NCBI GenBank assembly: GCA_965649765.1
Contig: OZ287749.1
Span: 102,486,001-102,550,000, forward strand
Direction of reading: 5' to 3'
DNA: 64,000 bases
Origin: Bispira polyomma
Lineage: Eukaryota
In this document: positions 63,107-64,000 of the stretch, piece after piece
Layout: the number at the start of each line of letters is the position of its first letter
Position numbering within the stretch: the first letter of the stretch is position 1
Translations under genes and position numbers: made by a program
The notes under the pieces: model-generated
What the model was told of the DNA's origin: nothing
The model's input: the letters and a program-made list of their open reading frames with translations, nothing else
Database searches by the model: none

Positions 63107-63214
63107 TTTGATTGTTCTGAAATTTTAACAGAAAAAATTGTTTCAAAATTTTTTGTCTAAATTCTAAACCTTACCTTTACCTTTGATTACCTTTGATATG
63201 TAAATTCTTAGTAT

Positions 63215-63626
63215 TGTCCTATGTCCTTATATGAAGTAATCAATACTTGAGCCTTACTCATCTCTAATTATAGACATGACTCTTTGCTGCCTCTCCCTCA
63301 TTGCATAGGCAGACTCCCATTGGCTGGAGAGCAGTCACTAAGCTTCCTGAATTATAATAATTGGAACTACCTCTATATAAACCCATCCAGAGAGGAGTGC
63401 GGTCTCTTCTCTCCTCTTCTCTCTCTCTCTCTGGTCTCTCTCCTAGCCCTCCTGGGCTAGGATCTTCCAAAGGCAAAGAAGACTATGTACATATGTGTTG
63501 TGTATGTTGGATGTTGTTAGTAGAATAAAAGAAATAGAGATGCAAATACAGTGTTTCCATTCAAGACTCTCACGAGCCTGAACTTACACCTATGCTCTAC
63601 GCTACCCCCCAGTTCAGGTTACGACA
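63215..63626 (+). mobile_element. Solo LTR (412 bp)
   Basis: GTAT|TGTC ... GACA|GTAT gives TG...CA ends, a short terminal inverted repeat and a 4-bp TSD. TATATAAA at ~63374 and AATAAA at ~63524 on +. Confidence 0.85.
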
Positions 63627-64000
63627 GTATACAGACAGAACATTCCCAGGTCAAAATGGGGCGGGGGTGCGGTAATATTGGGGGCAGGGTTGTTTAAATG
63701 GTTAAATATGGTTAATTGTAAATGTACTAAATCATGCATGAATAACTATATATAAACAATGTGAAAATTGCCCAAACTAAAACCTCTCAATAGAACCAAG
63801 TTTTGTCGTCAAATTGTTGGCACACTGTAAAAGTGGATTTCCTCTTACTGTGTGTAAACCTTGTTTTTAAGGAAGGTACAGTGGATATTCGTTGGGTTGT
63901 TTCTATACACGTGTAAAAGCCATCCATACAAACGTCATGCACATAGTCACATAAATATCTTCACCTATTCTTGAAAGAGTTTTTATACAGTGTTTGTAAC

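Overview
AT-rich, repeat-dense animal genomic DNA (an invertebrate, lophotrochozoan-like by its repeat families; this is inference) with one assembly gap (31133-31301). Bases 1-23.5 kb show no recognisable host gene, only tRNA-derived SINEs, L2-type LINE remnants, a Harbinger transposase remnant and MITEs. A complete 8-exon alpha-SNAP gene (NAPA, 291 aa) lies on + at 23685-40694. Its introns hold several non-autonomous DNA elements, a tandem array of six copies of one splice donor, and an in-frame duplicated splice acceptor. Convergent with it on - (63106 to 49115) is a multi-exon Roco-type gene that can be spliced phase-consistently as LRR array - ROC GTPase - COR - FN3 - unknown - CARD-like - Pro/Ser/Thr linker - Death domain. 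The most striking feature is a 962-codon open frame holding 20 near-identical 132-bp double-LRR cassettes. Their amino-acid variation is concentrated at exposed LRR positions, it reassorts between invariant DNA blocks, and a 660-bp higher-order duplication is present. In contrast, the signalling part downstream carries at least five in-frame stops plus frameshifts. This is a candidate recombination-diversified intracellular LRR receptor locus, surviving either as an LRR-only product or as a pseudogene cassette donor.
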